Source: Minisyncoccia bacterium | GTDB lineage: Bacteria > Patescibacteriota > Minisyncoccia > Phycocordibacterales > DATGWK01 | NCBI GenBank assembly: GCA_038259265.1 | Contig: JBBSOY010000003.1 | Span: 1-55,853, forward strand | Reading direction: 5' to 3' | DNA length: 55,853 nucleotides | Shown: positions 19,870 to 29,095 of the stretch, piece by piece | Numbering within the stretch: position 1 is the first letter of the stretch | How the letters are laid out: each line of letters begins with the position of its first letter | Translations under genes and position numbers: made by a program | The notes under the pieces: model-generated | What the model saw: only the letters and a program-made list of their open reading frames with translations | Databases searched by the model: none | What the model was told of the DNA's origin: nothing

Positions 19870-21051
19870 ATGCCCACAAAAACAAAGGCGAAGGCCGGTG
19901 CAGAAAGTACAGAAGGCACAGAAGAAACCATAAAGCCGAAGGCTCAGACCGAAGCGGAAAAAGCTATGGAACTCAAAAAAGACACCCCGATGGGTAAGCT
20001 TTTTGCTGATATCCAGAACCCGCCGTCGGTTGGCGACGTTGTCGAAGGCTCGGTCATCAGTTCGGACAAATCTGCCGTATACGTCGACCTTCCACCATTT
20101 GGAACCGGTATCATTTACGGTCGCGAATACATCAACGCCCGTGACATCATTAAAAAAATCAACCCAGGCGACAGCATTGCCGGCAAAGTTGTCTCTGTCG
20201 ACAACGATCAGGGTTATATCGAAATCTCTCTTAAAGAAGCTCGCCAAGCCATCATCTGGAGCGAAGCTGAAGAAGCGATCAAAAACAAAAACGTCTACGA
20301 GCTCCCCGTCGTCGACGCCAACAAAGGCGGACTCATCATTCATTGGCAAGGCATCGTGGGTTTTTTGCCTGCGTCCCAGCTCAACACCTCTCATTACCCT
20401 CGCGTTGCTGACGGCGACAAAGACCGCATCCTCGAAGAATTGAAAAAACTTGTCGGTGAAAAAATCACCGTTTCTATCATTGGCGCCGTGCCAAAGGAAA
20501 GCAAGCTCATTTTCTCGGAGAAAAATCCTGAGTTGAAAAACAAGGAAAAAATCATCGACAAATACGAAGTCGGCGAAGCAGTTGAGGGTGAAATCACCGG
20601 CATCGTCGACTTCGGCCTCTTCATTAAACTCGAAGAAGGTCTCGAAGGTCTCGTACATATTTCCGAAATCGACTGGGGTCTTGTCGACAACATTAAAGCG
20701 ATGTTCAAAGTCGGCGAACGCGTCCGCGCAAAAGTTATCGAAATCAAAGACGGCAAAATTTCCCTTTCTATCAAAGCTCTCCGACCAAATCCATGGCTTG
20801 AAGCAGAAAAGAAATTTAAAAAAGACGAAACCGTTCAGGCCGTTGTTATCAAATTCAACAAACATGGCGCCCTTGCGTCCATCGAAGAAGGTGTGGCAGG
20901 TTTGGTACATATCTCAGAGTTTGGCAACGAAACCAAGATGCGCGAAAAGCTTTCCCTCGGAAAAAGTTACGCTTTCAAAATCTCTTTGTTTGAACCAAAA
21001 GACCAACGCATGACCCTTACGTTTGTAGACACAGACAAAGCAGCGGCGTAG
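19870..21051 (+). CDS. rpsA: 30S ribosomal protein S1 (4 S1 domains)
   Basis: NKGGL..GFLPASQ, FGLFIKL..GLEGLVHISEI and GLVHISE repeats. Start placed at ATG 19870. Confidence 0.93.
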   Translation: MPTKTKAKAGAESTEGTEETIKPKAQTEAEKAMELKKDTPMGKLFADIQNPPSVGDVVEGSVISSDKSAVYVDLPPFGTGIIYGREYINARDIIKKINPGDSIAGKVVSVDNDQGYIEISLKEARQAIIWSEAEEAIKNKNVYELPVVDANKGGLIIHWQGIVGFLPASQLNTSHYPRVADGDKDRILEELKKLVGEKITVSIIGAVPKESKLIFSEKNPELKNKEKIIDKYEVGEAVEGEITGIVDFGLFIKLEEGLEGLVHISEIDWGLVDNIKAMFKVGERVRAKVIEIKDGKISLSIKALRPNPWLEAEKKFKKDETVQAVVIKFNKHGALASIEEGVAGLVHISEFGNETKMREKLSLGKSYAFKISLFEPKDQRMTLTFVDTDKAAA

Positions 21052-21079
21052 TCATTTGTGCACATGTGCAGAAATCGCG

Positions 21080-21105
21080 AAAAAGCGGCTCAGTGCCGTT
21101 TTTTT
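21080..21105. terminator. bidirectional terminator between rpsA and pth
   Basis: aaaaagcggc-tcagt-gccgttttttt between convergent genes. Confidence 0.75.
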
Positions 21106-21119
21106 GTAGTTAAAGGAAC

Positions 21120-21746
21120 TTAGAACTGCGAGTTGAAAACCTGTGTTGCCGCTTCCCGACCTTCGTTGAGCATAATTTCAAGTGCTTCGGTGACTTTTTT
21201 TGAAAGTTTTTTGAGCTCGACGAGTTCAGCTGGTTTAAATTTGCCGAGAATAAATTTACCTACTGCATCTTCGCCGATTGGTTTTTTGAGCTTGCCGCCA
21301 GGAGTCGAACCGGAGATCCCGATGCGAATACGGATATAGCCATCGGTTTTAACGGCCTTTGAGACAGACTCGACTCCCCGGTGGCCGCCTGAACTTTTAT
21401 TAAAAGAAATTTTAGCTCGACCAAGCGGCATATCGAGCTCATCGTGCACAACCACAAGCGTTTCAGCGGCCTTTTTGCTTTTTACAAACCTTGCTACGGC
21501 CAAACCAGACTTGTTCATGAAAGTCTCTGGCAAGAGCACCACGCATTTTTCACTTTCATTCTTTTTTCCGCTACCTTTTCGACCCACCACCATACCCTCG
21601 CTCACAAGTGCGCACGATTTTTTGTCGAAAGTAAATTCTGGCAACTCATTTTTCTTGGCAAAATCCGAAACGAACATTCGGCCGACATTGTGTCGCGTAT
21701 TTTCGTATTCTTCTCCTGGATTCCCGAGTCCAACAATGACGTACAT
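21120..21746 (-). CDS. pth: peptidyl-tRNA hydrolase
   Basis: IVGLGNPG..YENTRHNVG, PETFMNKSG, VVHDELD and GGHRG motifs. Confidence 0.96.
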   Translation of the reverse strand: MYVIVGLGNPGEEYENTRHNVGRMFVSDFAKKNELPEFTFDKKSCALVSEGMVVGRKGSGKKNESEKCVVLLPETFMNKSGLAVARFVKSKKAAETLVVVHDELDMPLGRAKISFNKSSGGHRGVESVSKAVKTDGYIRIRIGISGSTPGGKLKKPIGEDAVGKFILGKFKPAELVELKKLSKKVTEALEIMLNEGREAATQVFNSQF

Positions 21747-21929
21747 GTCCAAAAGTCTACCATTTCGTAGAAAAATTACTAAAAACACTTTTCGGTGCTC
21801 TGAATTACACCACTCGGAACGATTAGTCGAAGTGGAGAGCGGCACGATTCAAACTGACGAGTAATTTTTTCTTAATTTTTCATAAAGACATGTTGAATCC
21901 TCTTGTGTCAAACATAAAAAAGGAATACA

Positions 21930-22544
21930 ATGATCGCCATGAATGAACGTTCTCTTGATAATCGCGACATCTCCGCTGCAGAAACTATCGAGCAGCGTCC
22001 GCGAGGAAATTTCTGGATTGAAATTATCAAATTTACGCTCATTACCCTCCTCATCGTCGTACCGTTTCGCATCTACATCGCGCAGCCATTCATTGTTTCT
22101 GGCGCTTCCATGGACGAAACGTTTGCCGACGGAGAATACCTCATCGTCGACCAGCTTTCCCGACGTCTCGAAGACCCACAGCGCGAATCTGTCGTCATTT
22201 TCAAATACCCAAAAGACACGAGCAAATTTTTTATAAAAAGAATCATTGGTTTGCCCGGCGAAACGGTCATGGGACGTGACGGCATCATCACTATCATAAA
22301 TGAAGCGCATCCAGACGGCCTCACCCTACACGAGCCATACGTTTCCGACGAAAATAAAAAAGAGGACACCTTTACCACGACGCTCAAAGACAATGAATTT
22401 TTCGTGATGGGCGACAACCGCGCCGGCAGTTTCGACTCGCGGGCATGGGGGCCGGTGCCAGCAGAGCTCATTGTCGGCCGACCCATTATGCGTCTGTTGC
22501 CAGCCCACAGACTCCATGTCCTGCCCGGCGACTTCAGCGAATAG
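21930..22544 (+). CDS. lepB: signal peptidase I
   Basis: VSGASM (catalytic Ser), FIKRIIGLPGE (catalytic Lys) and MGDNR..S.DSR motifs. Confidence 0.96.
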   Translation: MIAMNERSLDNRDISAAETIEQRPRGNFWIEIIKFTLITLLIVVPFRIYIAQPFIVSGASMDETFADGEYLIVDQLSRRLEDPQRESVVIFKYPKDTSKFFIKRIIGLPGETVMGRDGIITIINEAHPDGLTLHEPYVSDENKKEDTFTTTLKDNEFFVMGDNRAGSFDSRAWGPVPAELIVGRPIMRLLPAHRLHVLPGDFSE

Positions 22545-22591
22545 ACCCGACGATAAACCCCGATTCTTTAACAATTAATTCCTCGACAACA

Positions 22592-23812
22592 ATGCCAGCT
22601 GCCACTTCAAAATCAGGTTCGGTGCGTGGGCCTTCCTATATCCTTAAAGATCTCGACAAAACTTCCGAAATCGGGCTTTTTTATGGCTTTCAGCCGGTCA
22701 AAACACCAAAAATTGAAAAGGTCGACATCGACCAGGCAGCTGACCTCGTTTCAAACCGGTCCGAAAACCTCAAAGTGGCCTTTCCTCGCGTCGAAGAAAA
22801 AATTTCGCTCCTTCGAACTTTTCAAACCTGGAATCTGCAAACCGATGTGCAGCCAGTCATGCTCCAGTACAAACGGCCGGTGTCCCAGCTTTCTATTCGC
22901 CGCACGGCAGACGAATCCCACCACAGCCTCGACATGATCGGTTCTTTTGACAGTATTTCCGAAGCGATTGCCATCCGCACTGCCATCGCCATTCTCGCCG
23001 ACCACGGACACAAAAACATCATCGTCGACATTAACAGCATTGGCGACAAATATTCTATTATTCAATTTGAAAAAGAGCTCATTAATTTCACTCGAAAATA
23101 CGGCGGCGATCTTTCTGCGGACATAAAACTGCAGCTCAAAAAAGATCCGTTCGATGTGTGGAAAATAGAAGACGAAAAATGGCGTGAGATCCGCGAAAAG
23201 GCGCCGCAGTCGCTCAGTTTTCTTTCTGAAAGTGGTGTTGAACATTTCGGCCGAGTGCTCGAATATCTCGAAACGCTCGACATTCCCTATCGCATCAACA
23301 ACAGCCTTGTCGGCAACCGAAATTATTGCTCGCATACCGTATTTGAAATTAAAAGCGTACCCGAAAAAGAAGGTGAAGCAGAAGAAACATTTGCGATCGG
23401 CACCCGCCACAACTATTTAGCCAAAAAAGTTGGGTTCAAACAAGACACTCCGATGGTGAGCGTCAATATAAATTTCAAAAAAATCGCGCCGGTGCCAAAA
23501 CTTTTTTTCAAAAACAAACCGCAACCAAAATTCTTCTTCATCCAATTCGGAACAATCGCCAAACTCAAAAGCCTTTCGGTCATCGAATCCCTTCGCCAAG
23601 CTCAGATTCCTGTTCATCATCAGCTAAGCAGCGACAAATTCATGGGTCAGCTTGCCGCGGCCGAAACACTCAAAACCCCTTTTGTGATTATCATGGGTCA
23701 AAAAGAAGCCATGGAAAATACGGCCGTCGTCCGCCACGTCTCGACCCGCTCCCAAGAAGTCGTCTTGCTCCCCGACCTCGCTCATTATTTGACCCGACTG
23801 AACGTCGCATAA
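22592..23812 (+). CDS. degenerate histidyl-tRNA synthetase-like protein
   Basis: HisRS-like segments YGF..VKTP..E, IVDINSIGD, HF..VLEYL..L.IPY.IN..LV..NY.SHTVFE and a C-terminal anticodon-binding domain. Motif 2 is missing. Confidence 0.75.
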   Translation: MPAATSKSGSVRGPSYILKDLDKTSEIGLFYGFQPVKTPKIEKVDIDQAADLVSNRSENLKVAFPRVEEKISLLRTFQTWNLQTDVQPVMLQYKRPVSQLSIRRTADESHHSLDMIGSFDSISEAIAIRTAIAILADHGHKNIIVDINSIGDKYSIIQFEKELINFTRKYGGDLSADIKLQLKKDPFDVWKIEDEKWREIREKAPQSLSFLSESGVEHFGRVLEYLETLDIPYRINNSLVGNRNYCSHTVFEIKSVPEKEGEAEETFAIGTRHNYLAKKVGFKQDTPMVSVNINFKKIAPVPKLFFKNKPQPKFFFIQFGTIAKLKSLSVIESLRQAQIPVHHQLSSDKFMGQLAAAETLKTPFVIIMGQKEAMENTAVVRHVSTRSQEVVLLPDLAHYLTRLNVA

Positions 23813-23861
23813 GCCAATGTGCCTATTTGGACACCAGTATCAGTCATGGGCGAGGGCTTAC

Positions 23862-23890
23862 TTGATGCCAAAAAAAGACTGTGGTAGTAT
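23862..23890 (+). promoter_or_regulatory. probable rpsU promoter
   Basis: TTGATG-17 nt-TAGTAT with extended -10 TG, ending 9 nt before the ATG (very short leader). Confidence 0.45.
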
Positions 23891-23899
23891 TCTCTGACT

Positions 23900-24139
23900 A
23901 TGATAAACGTTGAAGTTGAGCGAGGAAACAATGAAAACAGCGTAAGCGTCATCAAGCGCTTTACCCGCCGAGTCCAGGGCTCCGGTGTTTTGACCCGCGT
24001 CCGAAAAAACCGCTTCACAGAACGAAAGCGATCAGAATACGTTACAAAAAAGCATGCGCTCAAACGCATCGATCGCCAGAAAAAGATGGCCGAACTCGTT
24101 AAAATGGGCAAGGTTCAAGAACGAACTTACGGTCGCTAA
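23900..24139 (+). CDS. rpsU: 30S ribosomal protein S21
   Basis: VEVER..NENSVSVIKRFTRRVQGSGVL..VRKNRF.ERKRS; small and basic. Confidence 0.85.
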   Translation: MINVEVERGNNENSVSVIKRFTRRVQGSGVLTRVRKNRFTERKRSEYVTKKHALKRIDRQKKMAELVKMGKVQERTYGR

Positions 24140-24555
24140 TGTCTCGTTTTTCAGACTCCTTTTTTGATATTCGCACGACACTCAAGGGCAAACCGTCAGG
24201 TTTGCCCTTTCTCCGTATGAAGGAGATGAAAGAAAAGGTGATCGGCTCAAAATACGAGCTGAGCCTTGTGTTTGTCGGCAAAAAGCGCATCCGAACGCTC
24301 AACCGCATATATCGCAACAAAGACTCCGCTACTGATGTGTTGAGTTTTCCAAACACAACCTCGTCCGGCGAAATTTTTATCTGTCCAGAAAAAGCCTATT
24401 CAAAAGCAAAACTTTTCAAGCGCCCACCTCGCCAGCACCTCGCCTTTTTATATATCCACGGATTATTGCATTTAAAAGGACTCGACCACGGTCCAAACAT
24501 GGAGAAAGAGGAAAAAAGATTCTCGGCACAATTCGGAATCGAAATTTCAGAATAA
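24139..24555 (+). CDS. ybeY: rRNA maturation endoribonuclease YbeY
   Basis: LNRIYRNKD.ATDVLSF, GEIFIC and HGLLHL.G.DH motifs; TAATG overlap with rpsU. Confidence 0.95.
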   Translation: MSRFSDSFFDIRTTLKGKPSGLPFLRMKEMKEKVIGSKYELSLVFVGKKRIRTLNRIYRNKDSATDVLSFPNTTSSGEIFICPEKAYSKAKLFKRPPRQHLAFLYIHGLLHLKGLDHGPNMEKEEKRFSAQFGIEISE

Positions 24556-24675
24556 CGCTCGCTCGCTTTTGCACAATTGGTGGCTTTGTTCGAATCTTTT
24601 TGCTGTTTTTTGTGCTACATTATTTTAAGCTGTGCAAAAAACGGTAATTTTCGTGGCAAATTTTTTATATTTGAA

Positions 24676-25866
24676 ATGGCAAAAAAAATAGCAGTTGGAA
24701 TTGATATTGGCACATACCAGATTAAAGTCGTGGTTGCAGAAAGCGCAGGCCCTGGTGCTGCCAACCGCGAATTTCCGCGCGTTTTGGGCACGGGTTCAAC
24801 AGAATCCAAAGGCATGCGCCATGGCTACATCACCAATCCCGAAGAAATCGTCAAAAGTTTGGTCAGCGCAGTTTCTCAAGCAGAAAAAACAAGCGGCTTT
24901 CGCATAAACCGAGCTTTTCTCTCTGTTGGCGGCATTGGTTTGGGCAGTGTTACTTCAAACGGCTCGATTATTGTCTCGCGCGGCGACTCAGAAATCGATG
25001 AACTCGACGTGCAAAAGCTCCATGAAATTTGCGAGAAAGAAATTCCTGCGGCGATCAGCACAAACCGAAAAATAATTCATCCGATTCCTCTTCAGTACAA
25101 AATCGACAACAAACCAGTGCTCGGCAGCAGCCCGATCGGCCTGCGCGGCAACAAGCTCGAATGCCGCATGCTTTTCATTACCTGCCTCGAACATCATTTG
25201 CATTCACTCATTGAAGCCGTCGAAGAAGCCGGGGTTGAGGTCATCGACGTCATGGCGTCACCAATGGCAGCGAGCCTTGTAACGCTCAACAAAAGCCAGA
25301 AAATCGCCGGCTGCGCACTCGCAAACATCGGCGCTGAAACTCTGACCCTTGTGACGTTTGATGAAAGCAAACCGCATTCGCTCGAAGTTTTTTCCGTTGG
25401 CTCGACCAACATCACAAACGACATTGCGCTTGGTTTTAAAATCGACCTGGACGAAGCCGAGCACATGAAAGTCGGCGGCATCACAACGTTTAATTTTCCA
25501 CGCAAAAAATTGGACGACATTATCGACGCTCGACTCGAAGACATGTTCGAACTCATCAGCAATCATTTGAAAAAAATAGGTCAAGCCGAACTTTTACCTG
25601 CAGGCATCATTTTGACCGGCGGTGGCGCAAGTCTGAGTCATATCGACGAAATCGCCAAGCGATCTCTGCAATTACCCGCAAAAGTCGCTGTCGTTCACAC
25701 AGGTGACCCGTCAAAAAGCCCATTCAAAGACAGCGCCTGGTCAGTGGCGTATGGACTCTGCGTGTGGGGACTTTCCACAGACGACTCGGGTTCGGTAAAT
25801 TTCAGCAAAACCGCAAAAAAAGTGAAGGGCAAAGTTACATCTTTCATAAAGCAGTTTTTGCCATAA
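24676..25866 (+). CDS. ftsA: cell division protein FtsA
   Basis: GIDIGT, NITNDIA, GIILTGGGA and a C-terminal amphipathic helix; directly upstream of ftsZ. Confidence 0.96.
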   Translation: MAKKIAVGIDIGTYQIKVVVAESAGPGAANREFPRVLGTGSTESKGMRHGYITNPEEIVKSLVSAVSQAEKTSGFRINRAFLSVGGIGLGSVTSNGSIIVSRGDSEIDELDVQKLHEICEKEIPAAISTNRKIIHPIPLQYKIDNKPVLGSSPIGLRGNKLECRMLFITCLEHHLHSLIEAVEEAGVEVIDVMASPMAASLVTLNKSQKIAGCALANIGAETLTLVTFDESKPHSLEVFSVGSTNITNDIALGFKIDLDEAEHMKVGGITTFNFPRKKLDDIIDARLEDMFELISNHLKKIGQAELLPAGIILTGGGASLSHIDEIAKRSLQLPAKVAVVHTGDPSKSPFKDSAWSVAYGLCVWGLSTDDSGSVNFSKTAKKVKGKVTSFIKQFLP

Positions 25867-26078
25867 TTCAAAATATTTCAGTCATTTCCACCCAAAAAAT
25901 GAGTGCTTTGGGGGCGATTCGCCAAATCAAAAAAGCGCACTCTTTTGCTGCTTTGTAAAGTGTTTTCTTTTGATTTTTCCCTGTGGTATCATGGGGCATC
26001 GTTTCGTGGGACTTTATTTATTCTTGAGCGAATCTTTATTGACCATTTATCCGCCCGTAATCATCTCAACCAACCCCT

Positions 26079-27308
26079 ATGCCCCAAATCAAACCAGAAG
26101 TTGAAGCATTTGCACGAATCAAAGTCCTCGGTGTTGGCGGTTCCGGAAAAAATGCCCTGAACCACATGGTTAACTCCAAGGTTCGCGGCGTTGAATTCGT
26201 CTGCATCAACACAGACGCCCAAGACCTCCACAATTCCCTCGCCAAAAAGAAAATTCATATTGGAAAAAATCTCACCCGCGGTTTGGGTACCGGCATGAAC
26301 CCAGAACTCGGCCGACGTGCTGTCGACGAAGCTCAGGAAGAAGTGCGCGAAGCCATCCAGGGCGCCGACATGGTGTTCATTGCCTGCGGTGCTGGTGGCG
26401 GAACGGGTTCAGGTGCCGCTCCACGGATTGCTCAGATTTCAAAAGAACTCGGCGCACTCACGGTCGCCGTCATTACCAAACCATTCTTTTTTGAAGGCCT
26501 CCAGCGAATGCGAATCGCCGAACAAGCAATCGAAGATTTGCGAAACGTTGTCGATGCCATGATCGTCATTCCAAACGACCGACTTTTGAGCATCATTAGC
26601 AAAGAAACTTCCGCTCGCAGTGCGTTTTCAATGTGCGACGAGGTGCTCCGACAAGCCGTTGAGTCCATTTCAGATCTCATCACCACTCCCGGCATCATCA
26701 ACATCGACTTCGCCGACATCAAAGCCATCATGGAAAACGCCGGTCCAGCACTCATGGGTATCGGCAGCGCGAGCGGCGACAAACGCGCCGAAGAAGCCGC
26801 AAAAATGGCCATCAATTCTCCCCTCCTCGAACTTTCTATTGCCGGTGCAAAAGGTGTTCTGTTCTCAATTTCCGGTGGTGACGACGTCACCATGTTTGAA
26901 ATCCAGGACGCGGCGAAAATCATCACCGACTCCGTCGATCCAAACGCCCGCATCATTTTCGGCACAATCCGCAGCGACAGGGTCAAAAAAGGCGAGCTCA
27001 GCATCACGGTCATTGCCACAGGATTCCCCGAAGCCATGGTTCGAAAATCCCTTTTTCATCACGAAGGACCAGAAAAAGATACGGGCCTCGGTCGCATGAT
27101 CGACGACACCGAAAAGAAGGGTAAAATTTATAATTCAATCGCAACACCCACCGCCGGTACCACAATTTCAGGCCAAACTTCTAGCCCATCAAAAATAGAC
27201 GGAGACACCCCTGAAAAGAAACCATTTGCGCCGATCGAAGCCAGCGAAGGTGACGACGATGAATGGAGCGCCGTTCCCGCCTTCCTCCGCCGATCTAAAC
27301 TAAAGTAA
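26079..27308 (+). CDS. ftsZ: cell division protein FtsZ
   Basis: GVGGSG, GGGTGSG tubulin signature, INIDFAD and the C-terminal VPAFLRR peptide. Confidence 0.98.
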   Translation: MPQIKPEVEAFARIKVLGVGGSGKNALNHMVNSKVRGVEFVCINTDAQDLHNSLAKKKIHIGKNLTRGLGTGMNPELGRRAVDEAQEEVREAIQGADMVFIACGAGGGTGSGAAPRIAQISKELGALTVAVITKPFFFEGLQRMRIAEQAIEDLRNVVDAMIVIPNDRLLSIISKETSARSAFSMCDEVLRQAVESISDLITTPGIINIDFADIKAIMENAGPALMGIGSASGDKRAEEAAKMAINSPLLELSIAGAKGVLFSISGGDDVTMFEIQDAAKIITDSVDPNARIIFGTIRSDRVKKGELSITVIATGFPEAMVRKSLFHHEGPEKDTGLGRMIDDTEKKGKIYNSIATPTAGTTISGQTSSPSKIDGDTPEKKPFAPIEASEGDDDEWSAVPAFLRRSKLK

Positions 27309-27317
27309 TTAATTATC

Positions 27318-27390
27318 AAAACCCTCGGGTGTTGCTTGGAGGAGCTTCGCGTAGCGGGGCCCGCTCCGGAAAGCAATGCTCGAGGGTTTT
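27318..27390. repeat. structured palindromic element E2, doubling as ftsZ terminator
   Basis: 20-bp outer stem (3 G-T pairs) enclosing the 39-nt core shared with E1. Confidence 0.8.
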
Positions 27391-27409
27391 GTGTTAAAAT
27401 ATTCTGACT

Positions 27410-28357
27410 ATGATATACGATCTTGCAATCTGTGGTGGTGGGCCGGCGGGGGTGGCTGCTGGGGTGTACGCGTCGAGAAAAAAACTTTCAACTGTTTTCA
27501 TTACCCCAAATTTTGAAAGCCAGAGCACTGTTTCTGAGGAAATACAGAACTGGATCGGCACAGTTGCGCTCAGTGGTTCGGACCTTGCCGACAATTTAAA
27601 AAAGCATCTTCTGGCCTATGCCAAAGATATTGTAAACGTGCGTGAGGGCGAAATGGTCATGAAAGTTTCCAAAGTCGAAAGTCGAGCAACCGCAGAAAAT
27701 CCTGCGGGGCATTTTTTGATCACAACAGATGCCGGCGCGTATGAAGCTCGAACTGTTTTAATTTCCACTGGAAGCGTTCGTCGTAAGCTCAACATTCCAG
27801 GTGCCAAAGAATTTGAAAATAAAGGCCTCACCTACTGCGCGTCGTGCGACGGTCCACTTTTTGATGGCAAAGATGTGGTCGTTGTTGGCGGAGGCAATGC
27901 CGGTTTTGAAACGGCCGCCCAACTTTTGGCCTACTGCAAAAGTGTCACTCTTTTAAACCGCAGCGATGTGTTGCGTGCCGACCCGGTGACCGTTGAAAAA
28001 GTTTCAGCTAACCCAAAAATGAAAGTCATCATGAATGCCGTGCCGGCAAATGTCGAAGGCGACAAACTTGTAACATCTTTTACATATACAGAAGAAAAAA
28101 CTGGCATGAGCATGAAATTACCTGTCCAAGGCGTCTTCGTGGAAATAGGTCTCATCCCAAACACCGGCTACGTCAAAGATGTTGTTGAACTCAACAAATA
28201 CGGTCAAATTCCTGTCGACCCTCGAACTCAAATGACCGCTGTGCCAGGCATCTGGGCTGCGGGCGATTGCACCGATGGTCTGTACCACCAAAACAACATT
28301 GCTGCCGGCGATGCAGTGAAAGCCCTCGAAGACATTTACCTCCATTTGCACGCCTAA
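27410..28357 (+). CDS. trxB: thioredoxin-disulfide reductase (AhpF C-terminal-like)
   Basis: GGGPAG FAD motif, YCASCDG redox CxxC, VGGGNAG and GIWAAGD. Confidence 0.9.
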   Translation: MIYDLAICGGGPAGVAAGVYASRKKLSTVFITPNFESQSTVSEEIQNWIGTVALSGSDLADNLKKHLLAYAKDIVNVREGEMVMKVSKVESRATAENPAGHFLITTDAGAYEARTVLISTGSVRRKLNIPGAKEFENKGLTYCASCDGPLFDGKDVVVVGGGNAGFETAAQLLAYCKSVTLLNRSDVLRADPVTVEKVSANPKMKVIMNAVPANVEGDKLVTSFTYTEEKTGMSMKLPVQGVFVEIGLIPNTGYVKDVVELNKYGQIPVDPRTQMTAVPGIWAAGDCTDGLYHQNNIAAGDAVKALEDIYLHLHA

Positions 28358-28415
28358 GCAGTCAACGTTTTTTAAACTTAATTTAAGCTTTTAAATTTTA
28401 TTGTTTTCAAAAAGT

Positions 28416-28449
28416 AAAACCGCCAGAGGTCCGAAGGACATGGCGGTTT
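28416..28449. terminator. bidirectional terminator
   Basis: aaaaccgcca-gaggtccgaaggaca-tggcggttt between convergent genes. Confidence 0.7.
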
Positions 28450-28852
28450 AGGGTGTTTGTTTCTCCATAAAAGAACTGTTGATTTTGTAGATCAGTGGCA
28501 TGATGCCTAATGCCCTACAAACCATGAGACGAGTGTTGCCACTCACGAGGTGCCTACGACCATCTGCCAGACACAGAACAATTGGCGCCGGCATGTTATG
28601 CTCAGCGATCAATCCACTGGTCACAGCATCACAATCGCGACCATACAGTGCAGACAGTGTCCGCACCTGGTCCATTGTGGTCGTGCCCCATGAATCCGTA
28701 TTCTCAAGACTCTTCCAGCTTTCAAGGTCGAGACTTTCCAGACTTCCGGCATCAAAAAGTGCCCTGACTTCGGAAAGCTCAACACCAAGCAACTTGGCAA
28801 CTCTTGCGAATTCGCCTTTTTCCTCCTCAATGGAAGGAATGATCCACTTCAT
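28448..28852 (-). CDS. stand-alone ParB/Sulfiredoxin-like domain protein
   Basis: PAPIVL...HLVSGNTRLMVCRALG matches the ParB/Srx GxxR signature. SD-like AAAGGA precedes ATG 28852. Confidence 0.7.
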   Translation of the reverse strand: MKWIIPSIEEEKGEFARVAKLLGVELSEVRALFDAGSLESLDLESWKSLENTDSWGTTTMDQVRTLSALYGRDCDAVTSGLIAEHNMPAPIVLCLADGRRHLVSGNTRLMVCRALGIMPLIYKINSSFMEKQTP

Positions 28853-28897
28853 GATCGGTCCTTTCAAAGAGGTTAAGGGCTTGTTACTTCTGTATTA

Positions 28898-28925
28898 ATG
28901 ATACAACCAATACGTAAAATGTCAA
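28898..28925 (-). promoter_or_regulatory. sigma70-type promoter for the ParB-like gene
   Basis: Minus strand TTGACA-16 nt-TATCAT, starting right at the tRNA-Val 3' end. Confidence 0.65.
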
Positions 28926-28926
28926 G

Positions 28927-28999
28927 TGGGCGATAGAGGACTCGAACCTCTGGCATCAACAACGTCAATGTTGCGCTCTACCAACTGAGCTAATCGCCC
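28927..28999 (-). tRNA. tRNA-Val(GAC)
   Basis: GGGCGAT acceptor stem, CAACA-TT GAC GT-TGTTG anticodon arm, AGAGG TTCGAGT CCTCT T-arm. Confidence 0.95.
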
Positions 29000-29095
29000 C
29001 GGACCTTTGTCCGTGTAATGTACCTAAAAAACTCCCTAAACTCAAGCTGGCGCTGGCGTCGGCGCCTCTTTGAACAAGTGCACCTGTCTGCTTCC

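Noticed and set aside
19861-20910. 349-aa antisense ORF
   Set aside because: It is a shadow of rpsA caused by codon bias, with F/V/D-rich composition and no recognisable motif.
22751-23410. Long antisense or alternative-frame ORFs (also 26432-27037, 46955-47668, 55208-55729 and many shorter ones)
   Set aside because: They overlap well-supported genes and show no protein-family features.
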